A stretch of DNA of 64,000 nucleotides, from positions 352,001 to 416,000 of the forward strand of contig CBDCXV010000009.1 in the NCBI GenBank assembly GCA_965223905.1, given 5' to 3'. This stretch comes from Candidatus Latescibacterota bacterium. Lineage in GTDB: Bacteria > Latescibacterota > UBA2968 > UBA8231. The notes beneath the pieces are model-generated. The model was not told the origin of the DNA and ran no database searches. It saw only the letters and a program-made list of their open reading frames with translations. Of the stretch, positions 28,961-38,367 are shown piece after piece (position 1 is the first letter of the stretch; every line of letters starts with the position of its first letter). Both the position numbers and the translations under genes were made by a program.

Positions 28961-29941
28961 CTACGCGGTTGGCAGCACCTCCGGGTTGACGCAGTACTCC
29001 GGAGCCTCCCCGTTCAGCACCTTCACCATGCTCGTCGCCATGGAGTGGTAGATCCGCGCCATGGCCACCTCGCTCGTAGCGACCGTGTGGGGCGAGAACA
29101 GACAGCGCTGGTCGCGGAACAGCCGGTGGCTCGTGTCGGGCGGCTCTTCCTCGAACACGTCGAGGCCCACGGCACTCAGCTGCCCGGACTCCAGACCGTC
29201 GGCGAGGACGTCGTAGCTCTCGACGACTCCACCACGTGCGGTGTTGATGAAGACGGCGCCCGGTTTCATGCGGGCCACGGCCGCTGCGTCAATCAGTCCT
29301 CGCGTGTCGTCGTTCAGCGGAACGTGCATCGATATGTAGTCACTGCGCGCCAGCAGCTCGTCGAGCGCCACGACGGTGACGCCGATTTCGCTCACACTTT
29401 CCTGCCCTACGACGGGATCGTACCCGAGTACCTCCATCTCGAAAGGCTGCAGAAGCCGGGCGAGCCGAGCCCCGATGCGGCCGAGACCGATGATGCCGAG
29501 GGTTCGGGTGGTCATATCGCCGGTGAGAAAGTGGAAACGCTCATGCCAGCGACCTTCGCGGACCATCGCGTCTGCCTGCGGCAGGCGCTTGACCAGGGAC
29601 AGCAGGATGGCCAGCGCGCCCTCGGCCACGGCAAACCCGCCTACCGGCGCATACACGAGGGGAATCTCGCGGGCCGTCGCAGCTTCTACGTCGACGGTGT
29701 CGTAGCCGGCGCCGGGCCGCCCGATCACGCGCAGCTCGGGAGCGGCCTGTATGATCTCGGCGGAGATCGGGATCTCCATTCCCCTGCTGACGATGCCGAT
29801 GGCGTCGCCCAGCGAGGAGACCAGGGTCTCCTCGTCGGAAGCGCTTTCTACGGGAGCGACTGTTTGCAAGACATCAATCGCCTCGGGACCGATGGCGCCG
29901 GTGGTCAGGATGCGTTTTCCTGAATAGTCGGTTCTGTTCAT
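28961..29941 (-). CDS. D-isomer-specific 2-hydroxyacid dehydrogenase (SerA-like)
   Basis: GIIGLGRIG, HVPL, INTARG, LDVFEEEP, SPH. Confidence 0.92.
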   Translation of the reverse strand: MNRTDYSGKRILTTGAIGPEAIDVLQTVAPVESASDEETLVSSLGDAIGIVSRGMEIPISAEIIQAAPELRVIGRPGAGYDTVDVEAATAREIPLVYAPVGGFAVAEGALAILLSLVKRLPQADAMVREGRWHERFHFLTGDMTTRTLGIIGLGRIGARLARLLQPFEMEVLGYDPVVGQESVSEIGVTVVALDELLARSDYISMHVPLNDDTRGLIDAAAVARMKPGAVFINTARGGVVESYDVLADGLESGQLSAVGLDVFEEEPPDTSHRLFRDQRCLFSPHTVATSEVAMARIYHSMATSMVKVLNGEAPEYCVNPEVLPTA

Positions 29942-29988
29942 GTCAGCGCTGAGCCTCCTTTGTGGGAACTTGACGGGTCGGCTTTGGG

Positions 29989-30085
29989 TTACACATCGCG
30001 AAAGGCCCTTTCCAGGGCAGCGACATCCAGCTTCTTCATCTGCAGAAAGGCCGCGGTGGCGCGCTCGAACGCCGCTGCATCGCTA
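29989..30085 (-). pseudogene. C-terminal remnant of a VOC/PhnB (3-demethylubiquinone-9 methyltransferase-like) gene
   Basis: RATAAFLQMKKLDVAALERAF* resembles the family's C-terminal helix. Confidence 0.5.
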
Positions 30086-30122
30086 CTGTTCCTCTCACTG
30101 AAGGGACCGAAAGCGTGCGGGA

Positions 30123-31108
30123 TCAAGGTGCACCGCGCTCTTTCAGGAGCGCTGCCGCCCGGGTCGCGCCGCCGAACTCCGCCCAACCCAGGGGGGTACC
30201 GCCGTGCGTTCCGTCGACGACGGTGGCGTCGGCACCGCGGTCCAGCAGCAGCTTCACGCAGCCCACCGCGTCGTGTTGGGCCGCCAGGTGCATGGCGACC
30301 GCGCGCACGCCGTGTCCCTCGCCGCCCCAGTCGTGGCGCAGATCCGGATCGGCGCCGTGATCGAGAAGCCAGGCCGCGGCTTCCACCTTGTCGCTGTAGC
30401 AGGCCCACAGCAGCGGCGTGCCGCGGAACGGGTTGGCGTTGACCCTGGCGCCACGGGCTACGAGCTCGGCCATCCTGCCGCACTGGTTGTTCCGCGCCGC
30501 CCACGACAGGGCCTCGTCGACGACCTCCTGGCGCTCGAGCGTCCTGTTCCAGTCGGGGAAGAACACCGGGGCGTAGAAGCCCAGGCCTTCCCGCGCGGCA
30601 GGCGTCAGCTCGCTCCCCTTGAAGAACCTGCCGACGCCGGCGCCAAGGGCCGAGGCGGCGCGCAGGTTGTCCGGGTACACCGGCGTCAGCACCTCGCCCA
30701 TGCAGGCCTTGGCATAGAACAAGGCGTACGACAGGGGAGAACCGCCCTCTTTTCCGTAAGCCTCGGCACCGACGGAGGCCCCGGCCCGCACCAGGCGGGC
30801 GCCGAGGTCGGTGTGGCCCGCCATGGCGGCGGTGTGCAGCGGCGTCCAACCGTCGTTGTCGGCCGCGGAAGGGTCGGTGCCTGCGGCCAGGATCATGTCC
30901 ACGGCCGCGTGCTGCTGCCGGGTGCCGGGATCGAGAGGAATGGCGATGTCGCCGGTGGCCGCGCGGCAGGCCAGATCGAGCAGGCTGCGCCCGGCAGCAT
31001 CGGCGGCGGCGGTTGCGGAAGGAGAATCGGCAAGGATGGCCGCGAGGGACTCGAGATCGCCCGCACGGGCGGCCGTTGCCGCCTCTGCGTCAGTGCGTCT
31101 TCAGCCAC
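30123..31108 (-). pseudogene. Ankyrin repeat protein with a 1-nt frameshift near its 5' end
   Basis: DGWTPLHTAAMAGH, GSPLSYA, GTPLLWA, GTPLGWA; GTG 31108 with SD is out of frame with AATAARAGDLESL (shift near 31085). Confidence 0.78.
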
Positions 31109-31232
31109 GCCGGTCTCCCCTGGTCGGGGGGCTTCCGCATCACCTCGGGAACTCCTTGCCAAAAAGGGGATGAAGCGCCGGGCACGAGCTCGAATGCTTC
31201 GAGTTCCACGTCCGGCAAAAGCGGAGCCGCGT

Positions 31233-31529
31233 TTAGTTCCGCCCTTGCCGAACTTCCCGCCAAAGCCTCACGGCCAGCGGGAAGTCGCCGTCCCTGAGAG
31301 CGACCAGAGCCAGCACCTTGAGGGAATCGCGGGATCGGTGGAGGGCGCAGGCGCGCTGAGCGCAGGCGCGGGCTCGCGTGCTGCAACCGCGTTCAAGCGC
31401 CGCACGTGCGGATCGCCGTTGGCGGTCTGCGGCCTGTTCGACCGCCAGCACCTGGCGCAAATCGGTCTGGCAGCGATGGCAGCAAAGGCCCCCCTGGTAC
31501 CGGGCCCTGCAGGTCGGACAGCGTTCCAC
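31233..31529 (-). CDS. Small Zn-ribbon + TPR-like protein (last gene of Hsp70 operon)
   Basis: CPTC...CHRC then helical repeat; starts 5 bp after the Hsp70 stop. Confidence 0.72.
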   Translation of the reverse strand: MERCPTCRARYQGGLCCHRCQTDLRQVLAVEQAADRQRRSARAALERGCSTRARACAQRACALHRSRDSLKVLALVALRDGDFPLAVRLWREVRQGRN

Positions 31530-31534
31530 GCAGG

Positions 31535-33277
31535 CTATTCCAGATAGAAGAGAATCTCGTCGAGTTCCTGCCTGCAGGCAGCGACCTTTTCCGCCTGCCC
31601 TTCCCTCAGGGCATCGCGCAGATCCTCCATGAGATTGACGATCTCTTCGCGATCCTGGGCCGGGGCGGTATCGAGAGCTTTTTCAGCTCGTTCCAGGGTG
31701 TCCTTGACCTCATCGGGCGCCTCGACGCGGCCGACCTCCTCCACTGGTGTGGCTTCCTCTACCCCCCAGAGTGCCTCGACCCGCTTCCTGGATGCGCTGA
31801 GTTCTTCTTCAGTGGAACGCCCCATGGCGTCTTCCACTACACCGTGGATTTCCCGGCCGGTCGCCCGTTCGACTGCGTGAATTTCCAGGAGGCCGTCGAG
31901 ATCCAGACTGTAGGTAAAGAGAATCCCCTGCTCCTGGGCGCCTTTCTGCTGGTTCAAGTCGCCAAAGTGGAAGGTGCCGATCTCCACGTTCTTCAAGGCG
32001 TCCGGATCTTCTCCTTGATAGACCTTGATCTCCACGCTTTCCTGATGTTCGTGCATGGTGAAGAATACTTCCGTCCGGGTAGCCGGGAGTCTGGCGTTGC
32101 GCCGGATGAGGGGAATGAACTGGTGAGCGTAAGGCATACCGTAGAGTTCCCCGACGGCACTGGTGCCGAAAGTATAGGGCGTGATATCGACGAGGACGGC
32201 CTGCACCTCCTGCCCCGTCTCGATCCCCGCCTGCACCGCAGCCCCCAGCGCCACGCACAAATCCGGGTCCACGCCGCCGTGCGGCTCCTGCCCGAGTCGC
32301 TCCGAAAGGAGTTGGACAATGCGCGGAATGCGGGTCGAACCTCCCACCAGCAGAATGCGGTCGAGCTGGCTCGGGCGCACATCGGCGTCGTTGAGCGCCG
32401 TAGTAACAGCCTGCATGGTGCGGGCCAGCGGTTCTTCCAGCGCGCGCTCAAAGTCGTCGCGGCTCAGTTCGCAGGAAAGATGCAGGGCCTCGCCGTTGAC
32501 CGAAGCGACGTGGTCTTCCTCCACGCAGGCGTACGGCTGATGGGAGAGTTCGATTTTGGCTCTTTCCGCCGCCTGCCGCAGCCGCGCCTGCAAAAGCCGG
32601 TTCCCGCGGCTGTCCGCAAGGCCCAGTTCGGTTTCGATGTGGGTGTTGAGGCGCTCGAGGAGGACCTGATCGAAATCGTCGCCCCCCAGGTGGTTGTCCC
32701 CGGTGGAAGCCAAGACCTCAACCACCCCTGCTTCCATGCTCACCACCGAGACGTCGAAGGTGCCCCCGCCTAGATCGTACACGAGGATTTTGCGGTGTCC
32801 CTCGCTGCTGCTTTCGTAACTGAGCGCAGCGGCGGTAGGCTCGTTGATAATCCGCACCACCTCCAGGCCGGCGAGATCGCCGGCTTCCCGGGTGGCCTGC
32901 CGCTGGGCATCGGTGAAATAGGCCGGTACCGTGATGACGGCCTTGGACACGGGCCGGCCCAGAGCCGAGCTCGCCCGCTCTTTGAGCGCCTTGAGAATAA
33001 AGGCAGAAATCTCCTGCGGCCTGTATTCCTCCGCTCCCATCGGCACCTTGGTCTCGGAACCCATCAGGCGCTTGATGGAAAGCACCGTGCGCTCAGGGGC
33101 GACCGCGTACTGATTGCGGGCCTGGTGCCCGATGATGACCTGCCCCGTCTCATCGAGCCCCACACACGAAGGCAGAATCGCTTCATCCCCCTCCCGGACG
33201 ATCCGGGGCGTCCCCCCGGAAATGACCGCCACTTCCGAGTTGGTCGTGCCCAGGTCAATACCGATAATCGGTTCCAT
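31535..33277 (-). CDS. Hsp70 family chaperone (specialised DnaK paralogue)
   Basis: GIDLGTTNS, TVPAYF, NEPTAAA, DLGGGTFD, LVGGSTRIP, linker VLVDITP; short lid. Confidence 0.95.
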   Translation of the reverse strand: MEPIIGIDLGTTNSEVAVISGGTPRIVREGDEAILPSCVGLDETGQVIIGHQARNQYAVAPERTVLSIKRLMGSETKVPMGAEEYRPQEISAFILKALKERASSALGRPVSKAVITVPAYFTDAQRQATREAGDLAGLEVVRIINEPTAAALSYESSSEGHRKILVYDLGGGTFDVSVVSMEAGVVEVLASTGDNHLGGDDFDQVLLERLNTHIETELGLADSRGNRLLQARLRQAAERAKIELSHQPYACVEEDHVASVNGEALHLSCELSRDDFERALEEPLARTMQAVTTALNDADVRPSQLDRILLVGGSTRIPRIVQLLSERLGQEPHGGVDPDLCVALGAAVQAGIETGQEVQAVLVDITPYTFGTSAVGELYGMPYAHQFIPLIRRNARLPATRTEVFFTMHEHQESVEIKVYQGEDPDALKNVEIGTFHFGDLNQQKGAQEQGILFTYSLDLDGLLEIHAVERATGREIHGVVEDAMGRSTEEELSASRKRVEALWGVEEATPVEEVGRVEAPDEVKDTLERAEKALDTAPAQDREEIVNLMEDLRDALREGQAEKVAACRQELDEILFYLE

Positions 33278-33281
33278 GGAA

Positions 33282-33950
33282 TCACTCCTTCAGGTCGAGA
33301 CGGTTGACGGCTACCTCGGCCAGGCGCAGTACCTGGCCGTCTCGCGTAAAACCGCTGAGAAACTCCTCGACGACCACATTGTCGGCGAGTTGGGCGACCC
33401 GGCGCGTCTCCACCGACCGCATGGTGCGGGCATCGAAGGGATGCCCTACGGTCGGCAAGAGCTGGACGCCGAAACCACCCAGCATCCGGTCGAAGCGTCT
33501 GAGAGCCAATTCATAGCCTTGCACCACCCCGGCAATCCCCGGTGCGCGGCGCCGGAACAGCAGCGGCGGTCGACGCAGTTCGCCTGCCGCCGCCCGGCCT
33601 CGCACCAAAGCGTCGCGCACCTCGAAAAAAGGCCGCAGGCAGCGATCCTCGGCCGCCCTGGCGACGCGCTGCTCGAAGGATGCCAGGTCTTCTTCCCGGT
33701 GCTGCGCCCAGTCCGCGACCGTTTCGTATAGAGCGCCCGCCCTGGTCAACTCCCGGCCAACTCTGGCCTGCTCCCGGTTCTGCAGGCGGGTCTCCTGCCG
33801 CAGGGCGGCAATTTCTGCGAACAGGTCGCGCAGGTCGCACTCGGCGGTTTCCCCGGCATCCGCCGCTGGAGGGTCCCCGGTCCACTCCTCCAGCCACTGC
33901 CCGAAATCCGCCAGCGCCTGTTGCTTCCAGTCGTCGCCCGGCCTACCCAT
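33282..33950 (-). CDS. grpE: Nucleotide exchange factor GrpE paralogue
   Basis: Coiled coil, VGHPFD, VVEEFLSGF...VLRLAEVAV. Confidence 0.82.
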   Translation of the reverse strand: MGRPGDDWKQQALADFGQWLEEWTGDPPAADAGETAECDLRDLFAEIAALRQETRLQNREQARVGRELTRAGALYETVADWAQHREEDLASFEQRVARAAEDRCLRPFFEVRDALVRGRAAAGELRRPPLLFRRRAPGIAGVVQGYELALRRFDRMLGGFGVQLLPTVGHPFDARTMRSVETRRVAQLADNVVVEEFLSGFTRDGQVLRLAEVAVNRLDLKE

Positions 33951-34269
33951 CGCTGCCGTTGCCTTTCACCGGCACCTTGCCCTCCGCAGCAAGGAGCGTT
34001 TTCAAGCCCGGTGTCCTGCCCCGGGCCGGCCGCGCCTGGACCAATGCCTTGAGAGCGAGTTCAAATTCGCCGTACCGGGCCATCCCGAAGATGGCGGTTT
34101 CCACTCGCGAGCGGTCGTCCTTCAAGGCGTCGTATGCGGCGGCAATTTGCTGGAAGCGCTGCGGGTTCCGGCCGGGTGGATGGGTGCGGACCAGCTGCAA
34201 ATAGCGCTGGCGAATCTCTGCCTGGGAGGCGGTCGGAGAAAGCCCCAGGACCAGGTAATGAGCCAGCAT
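33943..34269 (-). CDS. J-domain protein with atypical HPP motif
   Basis: YLVLGL..TAS.AEIRQRY..LV..HPP...FQQIAAAYDAL. Confidence 0.85.
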   Translation of the reverse strand: MLAHYLVLGLSPTASQAEIRQRYLQLVRTHPPGRNPQRFQQIAAAYDALKDDRSRVETAIFGMARYGEFELALKALVQARPARGRTPGLKTLLAAEGKVPVKGNGSDG

Positions 34270-34289
34270 GTCTCAGCTCCTCGACGAGG

Positions 34290-36932
34290 TCATTTCTTTT
34301 TACGGGCGAAGAGTAAAAAGAACACTTCCGGCGATAGCGAGTCGCTCAGATTCTCTGCCTCGCACTCGCGGGCGATCCGTTCCAGGTCTCGCCGCGTCTC
34401 AGGACTGGATCTGAAATCGCCGGCAAATTCCTTGAGTGCGGACAGGGGGGCTCCTCGCAGGTTGTTTTCATCGATGATGTCTTCCAGCTCGAACAGTTCT
34501 TCTTCTATACGGCTGCCGCCCGGATCCGGAAACGCCGGAGCCCCGGCCCCGTCGCTGAGCGGCCCGCCCGTCCCGCCGAGGAGGTCCAGCGGAAACCCAC
34601 CCCCGAACAGGGCCAAGGGCAAGTCGAGCAGGTCAAAGCGGAACTCCTGCAGGGCCTTCCGCAAGGGGCCGTACACGTTGCCGGCGAGCCGCGCCGCAGC
34701 CGCCCGCAGCCGCGTCTGGTCGGCGGCATCGGCCGCGTCGAGGACTTCCATAAAGCGCCTCGAATCGTAGTCCTGGCCCTCCTGGTAGCGAATCACCGCC
34801 AGGTAGAACAGCAGCAGCCGGTCGCGTCGGGCCTTTTTGCCGCCCCGCAGGCGGCGGTCTATTTCGGCGCGGACCGGAGCGAGCTCGTCGCAGGCCATCA
34901 GGATATCGAAAAAGGCCAGCAGGACATCCCCTTCGAGGCGCTCCATGAGTGCCGGCCACCACTCGGCGAGGACCGGAGCCGTCTGCAGGCGTTCGTAGAG
35001 GATGTGGAAGTCAGCCGGCAAGGGGGCGACGAGCTCGAGTATTTCGTCGGGGCCGAGTTTGTCCAGGGCGGTTGATTGCCGGCGGAGCAACACCTTCAGG
35101 GCACTTGCCATTTCGGGCGCGACGTTTTTGACATGGCTGTTTTCCGCCAGGTCGTGGAGCAGCAGGGCCAACGTCCTGAGCCGGGCACCGGGCGGCAGGC
35201 ACTCCAGGTGGGGAGCGACGATCTCGGCGGCGTCCCCGCCGGCGGATACAATCGCCAGAAGAAGACGCTTCACCCGCAAGACCAGAGCCAGCCGCGGACG
35301 CTCCAGGTTCCCGGCGCGCTGGAGGTCCCTGTCGGCCAACTCGAACCTTCCGCGCTTGCGGCTCTGATCGGCGGATTTGAGGAAGCCGATGGCCTGCATA
35401 TCCAGAAGACGCTCGTCGTGGGGAGCCCGCCGCCGGCCCTCAGCCAGCGCTTTTTCGGCGCGCCGGTACGCATTCCTGGCATAGTGGAGGGCCGCCAGTT
35501 CCAGATGGGGGTCCGGATCGTCGGGGAAGCGGGCGGCCATATCGTCCAAGGTCTTTTCGAAGCTTGACCGGTACTCGGGGTGGCCCCGCAGCAGACCGAG
35601 GAGAAAGCGATAGCCGTCGCGGTTGCCGGGGTCTGCCGCGAGGCTGGCGGTCATCAACCGGGCCAACAACATCCCGGGATCTCCGAGCGGTTCGTTTATC
35701 AAGGCCGCGAGACACTCTACCGTTTCGGAAGGCAGGTGGTGGGGCTGAAGACCGACCTTGTCAGCGGTCCGGGCAAGGCCCTCCAGCACGCGGCCACGGG
35801 CCAGGGCCCGGTCAGGCGCATGGGGAAACACCATGGGTAGCTGGTTGAGATACAAAGCAGCCGGCGTGGGATCCCACATGTGGGGAACTATCTGCTGGAA
35901 CAGCATGCCGATCTGGGCGATGGCACCAGGCACCCGTTCAGCCGGCAGGAGCCGGCTGGCCAGGCGGGGGAGGGAATCGATGGGCACTTTGTTCTGGGGA
36001 AGGGCCAGACCAACCACCTGCAGCAGGGCGATCCGGGCCTGGAGAGGCTCTTCGGGGTAAATGGCAGCGGCCAGGCCGGGAACAAGTCGTTCAATATCGC
36101 GCAGACGCCCTTTGTGGATCGCTTCGCCCAGTTGGTCGGCCAAGGCCGCGCTGCCCGTCCCCAGGGCTTGCTGAACGGCCGCCGACCCGCCCTCGCCTTC
36201 GCCGGTGCAATGACGTCTCCATTCGGCGACTGTGCGCGGCAGGGCAAAATCGGCCGGCAACAGGTCGAGAATCCGGAGCAACCCCTCGCTGTCGCCGTTG
36301 CCGAAACACACCATGGCCTTGCAAAACAGACGCCAGGCAGCAAACGGGGAGCGCCGGCTGATTCCTTGCAGCAGGCCGCCGGCCCGCTCCCAGTCCCCGG
36401 CGTCCATGGCTTCAAGGCTCTCCTGGACTGGCGCGGCGTCTCGCCGGAGGGGGTGATCCGCGGCGAGGACTTCGAGGCCCTGCCAGCACCGTTGGACCAC
36501 GAGCAGATCCGCCAGCATCCGCTCGACCTGGAGAATGGGCGGCAATGGGGTCTGCAGATAGTCCGCATATTCCGCCAGTACTTCCGCCCCGTCTGCGTGG
36601 CGGAAGTACTGCACCAGGTCTTCTTCGGCCAGCTGCTGGAAGGAAATGGAGGTTCGGTACTGGGCAGCACCTGCCCGCATCGCACCGGCTTCCTTGGCCA
36701 GGCCCTTTTCCGCCAACTGACGGGCGCGTTGCATGCAGGCACAAAAAAGCAACAGCGGCAGTTCCTCCATCGCGGGATCGCCGTGCTGGGCCTGCCTGAG
36801 CAGGTCGAGGGCTCCGCGTCCATCCCCCTCTGTCAAAGCCTGCCGGGCCTGCGTCAACAGATGCCTGGGCGGAACGCGCCTTTGTTTCAGCCGTTTCCGC
36901 TTTCGATCTCTGCGGCTGTGCTTACCAGGCAT
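34290..36932 (-). CDS. Large helical-repeat/TPR-like protein of unknown function
   Basis: About 880 aa, Leu/Ala-rich helices, TPR-like ARFPDDPDPHLELAALHY...AEKAL...APHD; ATG 36932 lies 1 bp after the upstream stop. Confidence 0.78.
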   Translation of the reverse strand: MPGKHSRRDRKRKRLKQRRVPPRHLLTQARQALTEGDGRGALDLLRQAQHGDPAMEELPLLLFCACMQRARQLAEKGLAKEAGAMRAGAAQYRTSISFQQLAEEDLVQYFRHADGAEVLAEYADYLQTPLPPILQVERMLADLLVVQRCWQGLEVLAADHPLRRDAAPVQESLEAMDAGDWERAGGLLQGISRRSPFAAWRLFCKAMVCFGNGDSEGLLRILDLLPADFALPRTVAEWRRHCTGEGEGGSAAVQQALGTGSAALADQLGEAIHKGRLRDIERLVPGLAAAIYPEEPLQARIALLQVVGLALPQNKVPIDSLPRLASRLLPAERVPGAIAQIGMLFQQIVPHMWDPTPAALYLNQLPMVFPHAPDRALARGRVLEGLARTADKVGLQPHHLPSETVECLAALINEPLGDPGMLLARLMTASLAADPGNRDGYRFLLGLLRGHPEYRSSFEKTLDDMAARFPDDPDPHLELAALHYARNAYRRAEKALAEGRRRAPHDERLLDMQAIGFLKSADQSRKRGRFELADRDLQRAGNLERPRLALVLRVKRLLLAIVSAGGDAAEIVAPHLECLPPGARLRTLALLLHDLAENSHVKNVAPEMASALKVLLRRQSTALDKLGPDEILELVAPLPADFHILYERLQTAPVLAEWWPALMERLEGDVLLAFFDILMACDELAPVRAEIDRRLRGGKKARRDRLLLFYLAVIRYQEGQDYDSRRFMEVLDAADAADQTRLRAAAARLAGNVYGPLRKALQEFRFDLLDLPLALFGGGFPLDLLGGTGGPLSDGAGAPAFPDPGGSRIEEELFELEDIIDENNLRGAPLSALKEFAGDFRSSPETRRDLERIARECEAENLSDSLSPEVFFLLFARKKK

Positions 36933-36933
36933 T

Positions 36934-38172
36934 TTACCCCGTCCGCTCCGCCAGGTTGAGGCAGACGATTTCCTGTTCGTCGCGGAGGAAGAGATGGCCC
37001 CCCGCGAGTGTGGGCAGCGTCCAGCAGCGGCCCTTGAGAGCGGGAAAGCCGGCCTTTTCGACGAAGCCCGCGGGCGTGGCCTCGGCCAGGCCGAGATTGC
37101 CGCGTTCACCCAGGATGACGAGGTGGCCGTCGGCGGCGATCAAAGTGCCCTTGCCGTAGCCCCGGGTCTTCCACTTTTCCGCGCCGGTCCCGGCGTCGAT
37201 GCACTTGAGGATCGAGTTGTCGAAACCGTAGAGGTGGCCCTGGTAGTAGATGGAGGTGGCGAAGTGATTTTTCATTTCCGTATTGCGCCAGATCTCCTTC
37301 ACACTATAGCCGCGGTCTGTGGCGGAGACCTCCACCACGGTGCCGCCCGTGCCGTAGCCGGAGGAGACAAAGAAGCGGTCGGGTGGTATGAAAACCGGGG
37401 TGGCGGCGTTGACGTCGTGCCTGGTCGTCCAGGGGTGTTTCCACAGTACCTGGCCGTTTTGCGGCGCGACCGAGACCAGCCCGTAACCGGTGAAAAACAC
37501 CGCCTGGGGCGTCTGGCCGATGGTGACAGCGATGGGAGAGGAGTAGCCCAGCTTGTCGCTGCCGGTGGTCCAGGCGACCTCGCCGCTGGTTTTGTCAAAG
37601 GCTATCAGCGAATGACCGCCACCGCCGGCTTCGATCAGGACCAGGTCTCCTGCGACCAGAGGCGACGGACAAAAGCCCCAGCGGGCCCTCTTGCTGCCGT
37701 ATTCGCGCACCAGGTCGCGGCTCCATTTTTGAGAGCCGGTCCGACTGTCGAGGGCGTAGAGTTTGCCGTAGGCGCTGGAGACATAGACCGTCGTGTCGTC
37801 GACGGTGGGGGAGGCACGCGGACCGTCGCCGCCCTGCCGTTCCATCAGCATCCCGTCGGTGCGGGTGCGCCACAGCACTTCGCCGTTGCGGGCGTCGAGA
37901 CAGACCGCGTATTCATCCCCGCCGTGGATGTACATCGTATAGATGCGATTGCCGGCTACGGACAACCCGGAAAAACCCTTCCCGCCTTGAACCCGCCAGG
38001 ACTCATGTAACGACAGCTTGTCGCCGAACAGGCCGGTCTCCGACGAAATGCCGTTGCGGTCGGGGCCGAGCCATTGCGGCCAGCCCGCCGACTGCCAGCG
38101 CGACCAATCCTGGGCCAAGGTTGGAAAGGCGCATAAGAGGAGGGTCAGGGCAACTCCCAATATCTTCTTCAT
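36934..38172 (-). CDS. Secreted PQQ-binding-like beta-propeller protein
   Basis: Signal peptide, WPQWLGPDRNG, repeated LDA.TG...W blades. Confidence 0.88.
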   Translation of the reverse strand: MKKILGVALTLLLCAFPTLAQDWSRWQSAGWPQWLGPDRNGISSETGLFGDKLSLHESWRVQGGKGFSGLSVAGNRIYTMYIHGGDEYAVCLDARNGEVLWRTRTDGMLMERQGGDGPRASPTVDDTTVYVSSAYGKLYALDSRTGSQKWSRDLVREYGSKRARWGFCPSPLVAGDLVLIEAGGGGHSLIAFDKTSGEVAWTTGSDKLGYSSPIAVTIGQTPQAVFFTGYGLVSVAPQNGQVLWKHPWTTRHDVNAATPVFIPPDRFFVSSGYGTGGTVVEVSATDRGYSVKEIWRNTEMKNHFATSIYYQGHLYGFDNSILKCIDAGTGAEKWKTRGYGKGTLIAADGHLVILGERGNLGLAEATPAGFVEKAGFPALKGRCWTLPTLAGGHLFLRDEQEIVCLNLAERTG

Positions 38173-38309
38173 TGGACCGCTTCGTTGAGTTGCGGGTGGA
38201 GGTTAAAATTCGGTCGGGCGCGATGGACAGGAGTCGCGCGCTGATGTACAGGTAAAATAAGACACCTTTCCGGACTCTCTGCTCCTCGCGCATGGCCTTG
38301 ACGGGACAC

Positions 38310-38342
38310 AAAAAAACGCGGAGCAGACGAGCTGCCCCGCGT
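38310..38342 (-). terminator. Intrinsic terminator after the Spy/CpxP gene
   Basis: ACGCGGGGCAG-loop-CTGCTCCGCGT followed by a T run on the minus strand. Confidence 0.75.
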
Positions 38343-38367
38343 CGTGAAGGAAAACAGGAACCGGTGC

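Noticed and set aside
36933-37109. N-terminal extension of the 939-aa ORF
   Set aside because: It overlaps the beta-propeller gene; ATG 36932, 1 bp after that gene's stop, is the more plausible start.
36934-38172. Calling the beta-propeller a PQQ dehydrogenase or BamB
   Set aside because: Only the repeat fold is evident; no catalytic motifs or lipobox were seen.
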